The notes under the pieces are model-generated. The model was not told the origin of the DNA. It searched no databases and was given only the letters and a program-made list of their open reading frames with translations. Both the position numbers and the translations under genes were made by a program. DNA of 64,000 nt, from positions 1 to 64,000 of IMG/VR virus record IMGVR_UViG_3300008108_007691. One strand, written 5' to 3'. This document shows positions 38,953 through 50,100 of this stretch, piece after piece. The DNA is from an uncultured virus (IMG/VR IMGVR_UViG_3300008108_007691) (lineage: Duplodnaviria; Heunggongvirae; Uroviricota; Caudoviricetes). The first letter of the stretch is position 1; every line of letters starts with the position of its first letter.

Positions 38953-40992
38953 TTAAAAATCTATTATTAATTGAAAAGCTAAATATCTAGAATTAGCTTT
39001 TTTCAGTGGGTATGTAGGTTTACCAACAGCCACTGTATTGTTTTGATTATCTAGAATTGCTACTTCAGTTATATATGTATTTTCATCAACTAGTGAATCA
39101 AAAGTTTCATTATTTGAATCATTATATTGATAATTAGCTGCTATAACTGTTATGATTGTTTTATAAGTTGTTGTCAATACTTGGGCATCTATAGTACCAA
39201 AAAAGAAAGATTCGCCTCCAAAATTACAAATATCTCCATTAGAAGTATGTCCAGACCACATTACATAATTTCCACTTGTAGCACCAGAATTATAATCTTC
39301 TCTAGAAACAATAAATTGATGAGAATTTAAAGCTACTGGGTCAATTGTAGTATCTGGCACAACTAAAGTTGTGCAATCATAAATCCCCTGACCAGATAAA
39401 ACAACCCAGTCAGTTGCTGGTACATTACCCGGTTTATAATCAAATGATTTATCTTGTTCGTTTACTAAAATTTTAACTCTCTGAGCATTCCAACCTGTAC
39501 CATTTGCTAATTCTGTTGAATTCCTCATGTATGGAAAACTATTAGTCGGAAATTGAACAGATAAATATTGAGGGTTACCATTAATATCAACAGCTCCATC
39601 TATTTGCTTTATACTTCCACAATGAATCGGATAATCATAACCATAACCCGCTACACTTGCAGGATCAACTTCCATCAAATATGTAACAAAGTATGTTTTT
39701 CCAGATTCACACAAACCATTCACATCATTTGTAGTTAATGGTGGAGCTGGATTAGTAACAAGATTTACAATAGGTTCTGGTAAAGTATAAGATCTATTTC
39801 CTTTGTAAGACATAGCCATTAATAAATCCTGATCAGTAATTACAAATAATTGTAATTTATGATATACTCTACCAACAACTTTATTTGTTGATTGAATACC
39901 GTCTCTTAATTCTCTATATGTTGTTTTTGCTGCAGAATCATAAAAAGAATTCCCATATGAATCATATAATGTTAATCCATATTCTGTACCTTGTCCATTA
40001 TTTGCAGGGAATCCATGCCACATCAATGTTGGCATATTCATTATTACTGATTTCTCTATCAACTGTTCTCCATAAGTTAATCCACTAAATTTATTGGTAT
40101 AGTGAATCAATCCTAAAGCAGGATAACTTTCATCAAAACCCAAATAAGTCTTAGTTCCAGCATATTCTATTGAACCATATGATGAATAACCGGAAACTCC
40201 ATCAATTGTAACATCCGTACCAGCAACATCGTATGGTCTTACAATATTCATGTTCCAAAATTTTGTTTGCTGAGTATATCCTGAACCAAAATATGATTCA
40301 ACGGCATTATCTGGATAAATGAATAGTGGATATCTAGTTTTAGCACCACCTATATTTGGTATTGCTCTATCTAAATCAATATTTGTGTTTGTAATAGCCG
40401 AATAAACTTTATACCAAAGACCATTAAAAGGAGTTCCAGAATAAATTAAATCAGCTGAGGTATTTGGATTCAAAGCAGAAGCTGTTGGATATGCATCCGG
40501 AACCCATAATATGTATATATTATCACCTTCTTTAATTGTGTAACCAACAGGTGCTGTAATTTGAATATTATTTGTACCAAAAGTTGTTGTAGCCCCTTCA
40601 ACACCAATACTTCTTGCCAAAATATGTTGATTATCATCCAAGAAATACCAGTTATTAGAGTATCCTGAAAACATACCATAAGTTGCAGTTTGTGCAGTCG
40701 CGAACTGTTTTACAGATTGAATTGTTTGGTTTGTTAATTCAATTGGATTTGTACCATCTAAATTGACGGGATCTATATTCGGATAATCTCCAACTGGGGC
40801 TAACACTCTATTATTTAAAATATCGTAAGTAGATAATCCGTTAACTCTATCCCTATCTATATTATAATCTATCTCTCTATCAGAAACTACAGCTTTAGAA
40901 AACTGTAATTGCCCCAAAGAAAGTAATCTTCGGCCAGCATCAGTTAGCTTAACATTAATATATGTCGTTGATTCTGGTGGTAAAAATGGCAT
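38953..40992 (-). CDS. virion structural protein (baseplate or tail-collar-fibre-like)
   Basis: N-terminal KLTDAGRRLL...SDREIDY; C-terminal YITEVAILD....VAVGK..YPLKK. Confidence 0.65.
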   Translation of the reverse strand: MPFLPPESTTYINVKLTDAGRRLLSLGQLQFSKAVVSDREIDYNIDRDRVNGLSTYDILNNRVLAPVGDYPNIDPVNLDGTNPIELTNQTIQSVKQFATAQTATYGMFSGYSNNWYFLDDNQHILARSIGVEGATTTFGTNNIQITAPVGYTIKEGDNIYILWVPDAYPTASALNPNTSADLIYSGTPFNGLWYKVYSAITNTNIDLDRAIPNIGGAKTRYPLFIYPDNAVESYFGSGYTQQTKFWNMNIVRPYDVAGTDVTIDGVSGYSSYGSIEYAGTKTYLGFDESYPALGLIHYTNKFSGLTYGEQLIEKSVIMNMPTLMWHGFPANNGQGTEYGLTLYDSYGNSFYDSAAKTTYRELRDGIQSTNKVVGRVYHKLQLFVITDQDLLMAMSYKGNRSYTLPEPIVNLVTNPAPPLTTNDVNGLCESGKTYFVTYLMEVDPASVAGYGYDYPIHCGSIKQIDGAVDINGNPQYLSVQFPTNSFPYMRNSTELANGTGWNAQRVKILVNEQDKSFDYKPGNVPATDWVVLSGQGIYDCTTLVVPDTTIDPVALNSHQFIVSREDYNSGATSGNYVMWSGHTSNGDICNFGGESFFFGTIDAQVLTTTYKTIITVIAANYQYNDSNNETFDSLVDENTYITEVAILDNQNNTVAVGKPTYPLKKANSRYLAFQLIIDF

Positions 40993-41027
40993 TTTTTGTT
41001 TTTAAAGATATTTTTTTAATACTTAAA

Positions 41028-41099
41028 GTAAATAGATTTAGAAAAAAAAAATAAAATATTATAAAAGTTTTATTGTAAAAAATTTGAAAGTCTATTTAT
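41028..41099. promoter_or_regulatory. divergent pair of candidate late promoters
   Basis: CTATTTAC on the minus strand (41028-41035) and CTATTTAT on the plus strand (41092-41099), between two divergent structural operons. Confidence 0.55.
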
Positions 41100-41142
41100 T
41101 TTAAAATTTAATTTAAAAACAAAGACATTAAATTAGTAAAAT

Positions 41143-43707
41143 ATGGTATTGCTTGAACCGGAAGATATTTTTGTGAGGAACACTTTATCAGTTCGAAGTG
41201 TTCCCGGACAGGATAAGCTGTACCAGAACACGAACACTGAATCTATTTTTACATTTGGAGATTTCAGAATAAGTAGAGATCTTAATCCAAATATTGTTGA
41301 TGGTGATCCTAGATCACTAAGTTTTGATAGGTTACAAAGTTTAACCTCATTAACTTCTTCAAATTTTAATGCTGGAGAAGCAATTGGTTTAACTATAAAT
41401 GATTTGAATTTGGATCTTTCAGATCCCAATTCTTATTCATACTTTGGTTCATATTATTCAAAACTAGCAAATACTATAAATAAAATCATAGACAATTTTC
41501 CATACGCCCTATTAGCTTATGATGGAAATGTTGGTGAAACTAATTTTATAACATTATCAAGTACACAATTAAGTTATACAGAAATAACAATTATCAGTTC
41601 TGCACTTACTAATCAAGGAAATATAATTTTTACTTCAGGAAATAGTTACAATGCATTGAGTTCTAATACCCTAACTTTATATGATAATTATGATAAATTT
41701 GAGATACAATTAAGTTCAACAACTTTAAATACTTCCCCTTCTTATCCAATTTTATCATATAATTTTAGTGCATTCTCAAATTATTATCATCTTAATTTTA
41801 AGGTTTCAGGTATTTTTACTGCGAACACAACTGATGCAATTTATATTAGACCATCAAAAAAAAGGTATTTTCAATATAAAAGAAGTCTTGATAATTTACA
41901 ATACCAGTTATTAGAAGTTGGAAAATTTAGCGTTCCAAATCCAGAAAACGATAAATTTTTTGATAAATTGATAGAGTGGCCAAGAACTATTGATGGTTTT
42001 GCACCTGACAGTTATGGAACAAATTTCGATAATTATTTAGATGAAATTCTAAAATATGCTACTTTAACCGACCAATTAAAAACAAATTGGATGGTTAGAA
42101 CAATTATACCGGAAAATTATTTAGAATTAGATTCTGATGGTCAAATATATAATAAATTCATCCAAACTTATGCTGAGGAATTCGATAAAATTAAAGGATA
42201 TATAGATAACTTAGCTTTTTCACACTCAATTAATTATACTGAGTCTGAAACAGTATCAAATAAATTCATTGGTAGATTAACAGAATTATTAGGATGGAAA
42301 CAACCGATTAATTTCACTGATACTGATTTTTTTGAATACTTAGGACAAGAAGATGATAGTAATAAAACATTAGAAGACTATAATTTAGATCTCTGGAGAA
42401 GAATCTTGACCAATATAAATTGGTTATACAAAAGAAAAGGTACTAGAGAAGCAATAATGTTTATTTTTAAAGTTATTGGAGCACCTGATTGTATGGTTAA
42501 TTTTGATGAATTTGTTTATAAAATTCAAAGAAATGCAAACATAAGCCTTACTGATCAAACGACAAGTGGGTGGGATGGAACAACAGCTTTTATACCAGTA
42601 CCAATTGGAAAAGTTAATGAAAACGGATACATCAATTTCGATGAAAGTTTTTTAGCTTTTCAAGAAGGTGGACCGGGTAGAGGAAATGGACAAGATTATA
42701 TAAATCAATGGCAACCTGAATTCGATCCTATAAAAACAGTTGACAATGTTAAAGTTTATACTGGAGATCCAAATTATTATGGAACGGAAAATTTAGTCAA
42801 TAGTAAAGAAGTTAGTATTGGATTAGATCCTGCTTCAGCTATAGAGTGCGATGTATTTGATTGGTACAAATTAGGTTTCTTTTATACCGGAAATACAAGT
42901 GTAAATTTACCTTCAGATTATAAATTAACAAATGAAGATTTGGTAGCACCTCCAGAAATTTCTGGATATACTATAAGTGAATGGTTGAATTTTGTATATA
43001 ATAATAGTATAGACGTAAAAAATAGAAAAACTTATTTTGATCCTCATCATAATTTCTTTTATCCAAATTTGCGAAAAATATATTTGACTTATTATTATTG
43101 GAATGTGACAGCACCATCTTATGAAATTTCTAGTCAAGTAACTTTTAGAAAATTAGAGCAATTTATAAGATTTGTTGAATCTAAGATATTTGTTTATTTT
43201 GAACAAATAATACCTGCAACAACCATTTTTGAAGGTGTTTCAACAATTTATAGAAATACAGTATTTAATAGACAAAAATTTGTATATCCAAAAGGAATAA
43301 ATGATGGTTCAGAATTTCAAACAAAACTACCAGCACAATTTTACAATCAAATAAATGGTGCAGTAGTAACTTCTAGCGTTAACAATATTTTCAAAGCAAA
43401 TATTGTTGGTGCTTTCGTATCGTCTAATTTAAAAAATAGCATTAACTTAAATATGAATGTTGTTCAAGCAATAGGAACTGTTTCAACACCATTGCAAATG
43501 ACAGTAAATGCTGTATCAGTGACATCAAATATATTAAGTGCTGTCACACTAAACACACAAAAAGTTGGTTTTTTTGGAACACCCATAATATTCCCACTAT
43601 CTGGAATTCCGTTTGGAACTCCTCCTCCGATACCTCAATTATATACAGGTAACACAGGTTCCGGTGGATCAGTAGGACCTTCTCCAGTAGTTCCACCTTC
43701 AGAATAA
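41143..43707 (+). CDS. baseplate wedge protein (P2 gpI-like domain)
   Basis: LTELLGW...LWRRILTNINWLYKRKGTREAI..IFKVIG; IIPATT. Confidence 0.65.
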   Translation: MVLLEPEDIFVRNTLSVRSVPGQDKLYQNTNTESIFTFGDFRISRDLNPNIVDGDPRSLSFDRLQSLTSLTSSNFNAGEAIGLTINDLNLDLSDPNSYSYFGSYYSKLANTINKIIDNFPYALLAYDGNVGETNFITLSSTQLSYTEITIISSALTNQGNIIFTSGNSYNALSSNTLTLYDNYDKFEIQLSSTTLNTSPSYPILSYNFSAFSNYYHLNFKVSGIFTANTTDAIYIRPSKKRYFQYKRSLDNLQYQLLEVGKFSVPNPENDKFFDKLIEWPRTIDGFAPDSYGTNFDNYLDEILKYATLTDQLKTNWMVRTIIPENYLELDSDGQIYNKFIQTYAEEFDKIKGYIDNLAFSHSINYTESETVSNKFIGRLTELLGWKQPINFTDTDFFEYLGQEDDSNKTLEDYNLDLWRRILTNINWLYKRKGTREAIMFIFKVIGAPDCMVNFDEFVYKIQRNANISLTDQTTSGWDGTTAFIPVPIGKVNENGYINFDESFLAFQEGGPGRGNGQDYINQWQPEFDPIKTVDNVKVYTGDPNYYGTENLVNSKEVSIGLDPASAIECDVFDWYKLGFFYTGNTSVNLPSDYKLTNEDLVAPPEISGYTISEWLNFVYNNSIDVKNRKTYFDPHHNFFYPNLRKIYLTYYYWNVTAPSYEISSQVTFRKLEQFIRFVESKIFVYFEQIIPATTIFEGVSTIYRNTVFNRQKFVYPKGINDGSEFQTKLPAQFYNQINGAVVTSSVNNIFKANIVGAFVSSNLKNSINLNMNVVQAIGTVSTPLQMTVNAVSVTSNILSAVTLNTQKVGFFGTPIIFPLSGIPFGTPPPIPQLYTGNTGSGGSVGPSPVVPPSE

Positions 43708-43720
43708 AAAAAATAAATAA

Positions 43721-45517
43721 ATGCCATCAGGAATATTTACAAATTTATCACAAACAACAGGTAATCAAGACACATCTTCTCAAGTCTTAACATCTAATGC
43801 ATCAGGTTATTTTAATCAGATTTCTTTGGGTAGTTGTTTTACATATTTATATCCTGTTTATAAAATAGAGGGAGCTACTTTAGATTATTATGGAGAAGAT
43901 TATAATTCAATTAGTTACGATATAACAAACGGAAAAATATATACTTTATTTTTTTCAGGTGAATCAACAACATCTGTAATTGATTATACGGGAAATACAA
44001 CTATTTCTCATGATTTATATAGATTACCATTTACAGCGTATACAATATATTATAATAATCCTCAAACTGAAGAAGTTGGTGACATAGAAAGTTTCTTCGA
44101 AAATAAATTAGTGTCAGTTGTTGAAAGTGTTTCTGCATTAACAATTTTTAATAGTGCTTATACATATAGCTTTCCGACACTTTACAAAGATGTAGGACAA
44201 TATACTCAACCTATATTCAATGATAAAGATCAGTTTTTATTAGATACTGTTTTTACTTTTGAGAGCAGTAACGACTTAACTTTAGGAGATGCATATTATT
44301 ATGATTCTCTTAACAATACTCCTGTATTTTTATATATGGAACCTAGTGCAACAACCATTTATAGTTCAAATATAGGTCCATTTGAAATAACAGGAGATAC
44401 TCCATTTACAGGAATTACAATCAATGGTGCATTTTTCACTTATTTTGTTCCTCCTAAAAAGCCAAATTTAAATGTATCTGGTGGAAGACAATTAATAGCA
44501 GTTCAAGGTGTTCAAAACAACTTAAGCCCGACCTTCAATTTTTCAAATGTTGATGATGGTGATTATTATCAATTGCAAGTAAATTATGATATTTTAGATA
44601 CACCTTTTTCGGGTACTGAAATTTATACTTATACTATTAATAAACAAGTTGGAGATGCTGAATTTGTGAGAGTTTTTTCAACTCCGCTAAGAGCTAATGA
44701 TGACTTTAATTATAGAATAGGAAATACTAAAGAAATAATAAATATTTTTGGAAATAAACAAAGTATTACAAGTTGGTCTGACGAAATTTATACAAGAATT
44801 GAATCTTCTGGACAATATTATTTTTCTGGATATACGTGGAGAAATTATGTTAGCAATACTTTTAATGGTTCTTATCAAATTTCTGGTATGACCATCGGGG
44901 GAAGCACTCCAGATGCATCAACATTTACATTTACAACAACAGATGTGGGTGTGACTATGCTACCTAATACAATTTCAGCTGCTACTGATGGTATAAATAC
45001 TGTGACAATCGATTATACTGGAACACTATATACTCAAGATTGGGTTAATGCTGTTTATAGTGCAACAAATTGGTCGAATCTTGGACTTTATGTAGTTGAT
45101 GGTAGTCCAAATACAGGTATTACTGATTCATCATTTTCATTTAGCACTGTAACTCAAGCTATGCCAGATGTGACTTTGACTTTGACGAACATATATAATA
45201 ATACAAATTTAGATTTAAGAATTGATAGAATATCGTCATCTCTTGTTGCTGAAACTGTTACTGAAGATTATGTAGGAACTTCAAGTGGACAAATATTTAA
45301 TAGAACCTCTGGCTCAGATGGATATTTTGATTTTGGATTTTTAAATGGTGGCTATTATAGATTGGTAGCACAACCTTCACCTGCTTATGCTGCTTACGAA
45401 CCTATAGACACTTATATAACTATTGATTCGGACCTTGGTTTAAATTTAATTTTTTATATAATTTGGGGAAATCAAACATTTACATTTGATAATTTATCTA
45501 ATGAAACATTTTTGTAA
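43721..45517 (+). CDS. virion structural protein with beta-rich, Ig/FN3-like domains
   Basis: Thr/Ser/Tyr-rich; PKKPNL...YQLQV...YRI; SDGYFDF..L.GGYYRL. Confidence 0.55.
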   Translation: MPSGIFTNLSQTTGNQDTSSQVLTSNASGYFNQISLGSCFTYLYPVYKIEGATLDYYGEDYNSISYDITNGKIYTLFFSGESTTSVIDYTGNTTISHDLYRLPFTAYTIYYNNPQTEEVGDIESFFENKLVSVVESVSALTIFNSAYTYSFPTLYKDVGQYTQPIFNDKDQFLLDTVFTFESSNDLTLGDAYYYDSLNNTPVFLYMEPSATTIYSSNIGPFEITGDTPFTGITINGAFFTYFVPPKKPNLNVSGGRQLIAVQGVQNNLSPTFNFSNVDDGDYYQLQVNYDILDTPFSGTEIYTYTINKQVGDAEFVRVFSTPLRANDDFNYRIGNTKEIINIFGNKQSITSWSDEIYTRIESSGQYYFSGYTWRNYVSNTFNGSYQISGMTIGGSTPDASTFTFTTTDVGVTMLPNTISAATDGINTVTIDYTGTLYTQDWVNAVYSATNWSNLGLYVVDGSPNTGITDSSFSFSTVTQAMPDVTLTLTNIYNNTNLDLRIDRISSSLVAETVTEDYVGTSSGQIFNRTSGSDGYFDFGFLNGGYYRLVAQPSPAYAAYEPIDTYITIDSDLGLNLIFYIIWGNQTFTFDNLSNETFL

Positions 45518-45550
45518 AAAACTTTAGTAAACTATTTATTTAAAAAAAAA

Positions 45551-47092
45551 ATGCCATACGAATTAATATTATCCACAGATACCCTAGATCAAGGAAGAAT
45601 AAAAGTTAATAGTTTTGTTAACTCCACTACTGGTGTTTGGTCTTCTGATACTATAAATTATTCTATTTTTAGTAGAATAGGTGGTAGTAATTATAATTTT
45701 GCCTTTGGCAATTATGGTTTAGTTGTAGGTGTAAATAATTCTGCTGTTACAGGAGATTATAGTTGTTTAATAGGTGGTAAAACAAATTATACAAGAGCCT
45801 CATTTAATTTAATAGGAAATGGAGTAAACAATCAAATAAGAAATGCTTCTTCTACTTACAGTTCTATTTTAAATGGTTCAGCTAATCAAATAGGAATAAC
45901 AACATTAAGTAAGTATAGTACAGTAATAAACGGAAAAACAAATAAAATATACGGAGGAAACTATAACATTGCTAATGGAAATGGCAATACAATATACGGA
46001 ACAAGTAATTTAGTTTTTGGAGCTAATAATAAAATAAAAAAATCTGCAAGCAATCCATCAAGAAACTTTATAGTCGGAGATGGAAACGTAGTTTCTGGAA
46101 GTAGTACTGTAAGAGATAATCTTGTTATAGGTATAAATAATGTAGTTGTAAATACTTTACCCGGAGGTACTGCTACAGCAAGTTTCTCTAATTATAATTC
46201 AGTGGTTGGTGGAGATAATAGGATTTATAGAGGAGGAGCATCAACATTTCATGGTATTTTTTTGACGAATTTATATAATTCTTCGACACCTAAAAATGAT
46301 ATTCACATGTTTGGAAGAGGTTCAAATTCTTCAACTCCCCTAAGACCTGTTAATAGTTACTCCATGATAATGGGAACTAGTGCAACAAGAAGGATAAGAA
46401 TTGAATTTGGAACATCTCCATCAAGTATAAATTTAATAGGCCCGGGAAGTTTTAACCAATCAGGTGCTGACTACGGAGAATTTTTTGAATGGGAAGATGG
46501 AAATCAAAATGATGAAAAAAGAGTTGGGTATTTTGTTGGTTTATCTAATGGAAAAATAAAAATATCTGACAATTTAAATACCATAGGTATTATTTCTACA
46601 ACTACTGCATTCATAGGAGATTCTAATCAAGATTATTGGAATGAAATGCATTTGAAAGATGAATGGGGTAATGTACTTATAGAAAAGTATTATGAATATA
46701 ATTTTGAAATAAACGGCGAAACAAAAACTGTTTTTTATGATGAAAATGAAATTTGTTATGAAAATATTCCTTGCCCAGAAAATACAAATAAAATTATTAT
46801 AGATGGTTTAGATAAGAAAAATGGAATTTTTGTGAAAGAAAGAGAGCAAGAAATTTTCAATCCGAATTATAATCATTCAATAAATTACATTCCAAGAGAC
46901 AAGAGAAAAGAGTGGGATGTTGTTGGTTTATTAGGAAAATTACGTGTCAGAACCTCAGAACAAATAACTGGGAATTTCGTTGATGTTGATACAAACACAG
47001 GAATGGCCAAAAACGGAACAACTTATCCTGTATTAAATAAATTTAAAGATTTTGATGGTAATTATGGTATTGTTCTTATATTTTTCAAATAA
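45551..47092 (+). CDS. tail fibre/spike with C-terminal peptidase-G2-like intramolecular chaperone
   Basis: S.I.NG..N beta repeats; GADYGEFFEWEDGN...NPNY...YIPRDKRKEWDVVGLLGKL. Confidence 0.8.
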   Translation: MPYELILSTDTLDQGRIKVNSFVNSTTGVWSSDTINYSIFSRIGGSNYNFAFGNYGLVVGVNNSAVTGDYSCLIGGKTNYTRASFNLIGNGVNNQIRNASSTYSSILNGSANQIGITTLSKYSTVINGKTNKIYGGNYNIANGNGNTIYGTSNLVFGANNKIKKSASNPSRNFIVGDGNVVSGSSTVRDNLVIGINNVVVNTLPGGTATASFSNYNSVVGGDNRIYRGGASTFHGIFLTNLYNSSTPKNDIHMFGRGSNSSTPLRPVNSYSMIMGTSATRRIRIEFGTSPSSINLIGPGSFNQSGADYGEFFEWEDGNQNDEKRVGYFVGLSNGKIKISDNLNTIGIISTTTAFIGDSNQDYWNEMHLKDEWGNVLIEKYYEYNFEINGETKTVFYDENEICYENIPCPENTNKIIIDGLDKKNGIFVKEREQEIFNPNYNHSINYIPRDKRKEWDVVGLLGKLRVRTSEQITGNFVDVDTNTGMAKNGTTYPVLNKFKDFDGNYGIVLIFFK

Positions 47093-47124
47093 TTTTTATT
47101 GATTATTTTTAAGTTCGTTTTATT

Positions 47125-47158
47125 TTAAATACTATTTATCTTGAGATATAGTATTTAA
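47125..47158 (+). promoter_or_regulatory. hairpin containing a candidate late promoter
   Basis: 11-bp inverted repeat ttaaatactat/atagtatttaa; CTATTTAT at 47132-47139; ends 5 nt before ATG. Confidence 0.55.
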
Positions 47159-47163
47159 TTAAA

Positions 47164-50100
47164 ATGGTTGAACTTTTAGGACCAGAAGGTGTAAATTTTT
47201 TTGGAAGAAGAGGTGTAAATGCAGCAGATCCATTACACGATAAGGATGTTGTAAATTTACGTTCTTTAAGATATTATTTGGATGAATTTAGTGCAAGTAC
47301 TGGAGGAAAGACCGGAACAGTAAGTATTTCAACACTAGGTAATGGTTTTCCTGTTTTTGCGGGAAGAACTGGTGTCACATATTATTTTAGAAGTTTTTCG
47401 GCAGGAACAAATTTAGGTATCTCAACCGGAAATGTAATAACATATTATTTACAACCAAATATTTCAGTAAGCGGATTAACTGCATCTACTATTCAAGTAT
47501 CATCTTTAAGTGGAAATTGTAATGATATTGTAACTCTTGATTGTTTTGGCAATCTTACAACTAGTGCCAATACCACAGTTTTTTATACAAATTTATCTGC
47601 TGGTACAGCTATTGAGATAATAAGTGGATCAAACATAGTAACCATAAGACATACTCTTTGGGAAACTGGTAGAACAAATACAGGTGGTTATTCTAGTTAT
47701 TTTATGCCTGTACAACTCCAACGAGGCAATCATATTACTGATGCAGATTGGGCTTTAGTGGCAGGTAGTGGAAATACAAATTATAGCAAATTTGGCAACA
47801 TTTTAGGCGGTAGAAAAAACTTTCTATCATCTTCTACTTATTCTTTTATAGGTAATGGAACATATAATTCAGGATATACTTCACAATATTCTTTTATAGG
47901 AAATGGTTCTTTAAATTTTATATCGAATAACTCTAGATTTTCCTCTATATTAAACGGAACTGGAAATAGTGTATATGGATACTATTCAACAGTTGTTGGT
48001 GGTTATTCTAATTTATCTTCCGGATTTACCAGTTTTATAGGCGGTGGAGTTAATAACTATACAAACGGAAATTCTTCTTTAGTAGTTGGAGGTAATTCAA
48101 ATTATTCTTATAGTAATTTTGCCTCTATAATTGGAGGTTCTGGAAATAGATCTTATGGAGGTTTTTCTTTAATAGGTAATGGTTTTTCTAATTCAGGCTT
48201 AAGTGCATACACAACTGTTGTTAATGGATCAAATAATTTAGCCAATGAAAGATTTTCAATTATAACAAATGGTTATAATAATATTTCAACAAAACCATAT
48301 TCTTTTATAGGAAATGGTTTATATGGAAAAAATAACACCAGATTTGGTTCAATATTAAATGGAGCTTATAATTCTTTAAGTGCGTCTAGTGATTATGGTA
48401 CAATAATTAATGGTAGCGGCAATACAATTGATGATGGTTATTTTAATACCATTATTCAGGGTACAGATAATTATATAAAAAATTCTTCAAAAAGCTCAAT
48501 TAAAAATGGTTCTAGTAATTCTGCCCTTACTACAAATTTCTTTTCAATTTTAAATGGTAAAGAAAATTATGTAAAGTATTCTAATTATTCATCCATAGAT
48601 AACGGAAAACAAAATAGAGGTTATGTAATTTATTATTCTTCAATAAAAAATGGTAATCAGAATTATATAGGTATATTTAACTATGCTGATATAATTAATG
48701 GATATAAAAATAAATTAAGCAGAGTATATCTATACAGTGGTATTGGTTTGCCAGAACACTCTAATATTTTAGCAGGTAAATTTAATTCTGGTTATTCAAG
48801 TTATTCAAACGTTATAAACGGTAGATATAATTTTGTAAAATCTAAGCAATCATTAATAGGAAGTGGTATTTACAATCAAATTGGTGATAAAGTTTATCAT
48901 GATAAAACATTAAGATATTCATCCATATTAAATGGTTTGTATAATCAAATATTTAGTTTTTCTCCAACTTTAGATGAGTTAGTATATCCACCTAGTATAA
49001 ATTTTCTTTTAACAACAAATGTAAATTCAACAATTTTAAATGGTATTCAAAATACTGCAACTAGTAGTTTCACAACAATATTAAATGGAACAAATAATTT
49101 AAATATAGGTGTAAATTCTTTAATTGGCAACGGTCATAAAAATAAAATATATGGAAGTTTCTATTCAATAATACAAAATGGTGTATATAATTTAATAAGT
49201 GGATCAAGTATTAATTGTTCTTTAGTTTTGAATTGTAATAAAAATAGTTATTTCAATTCAATTTTTAATGGATCAAACAACAGAATTTATTCAAATGATA
49301 AAAATCTAGAAACAAGATATAATTCAATTATTAATGGTAAGAATAATTACATTCCAACTGGAAATACTTATTATTCTACAATAATAAATGGTTTAAACAA
49401 TAGTATATTTAAATCAGGATCTACTATCACCGGAGGCAAAAACATTTCTATTGCATTAACAGCAGATACAACTGCAGTACCATATTTAAGAATTACAAAT
49501 ATATACCAAGGTCCACCTACACCTTTTCAATTTTTAACCATTGACAATAATGGATATGTATTTAAAACAGGTATAACAATACCCGGTGGATACGGACTGA
49601 CTTTTAACAATCTAGGTAATGCCGGATCTCCTGATGGAAATATTTACAGTAATCAAAACTTAGGGGTAGTATATTTAAGAACAATTTCTGCCGGTACCAA
49701 TGTTCAAGTAATAAGATCACTTAACAATAATTATATTACAATAAATGTTACTGGTCAAACAGCACCTAACATCTCAGCTGGAACTGCAATAGAAATTGTA
49801 ACAGGACTTACACTTAATGATACTTTTGGTATTAGACACACATTGTGGGAAAGCGGAAGAACAAGCACTAGCACATATGCTGCTGCAACCATGGCTGTAC
49901 AATTACAAAAAGGAGACAATCAAGCTTCTTCTAATTTTGCACTTGTAGCAGGAAAATCAAACTCTGGATTATCACAATATTCTACTATCATAGGTGGATA
50001 TCAGAATTTAATTGAAAGTGGTTCGAAATATTCATTTATAGGTTCAGGTATAAAAAATACAGGATCTAGTAATTGGTCAACGATAATTAATGGATCTGGA

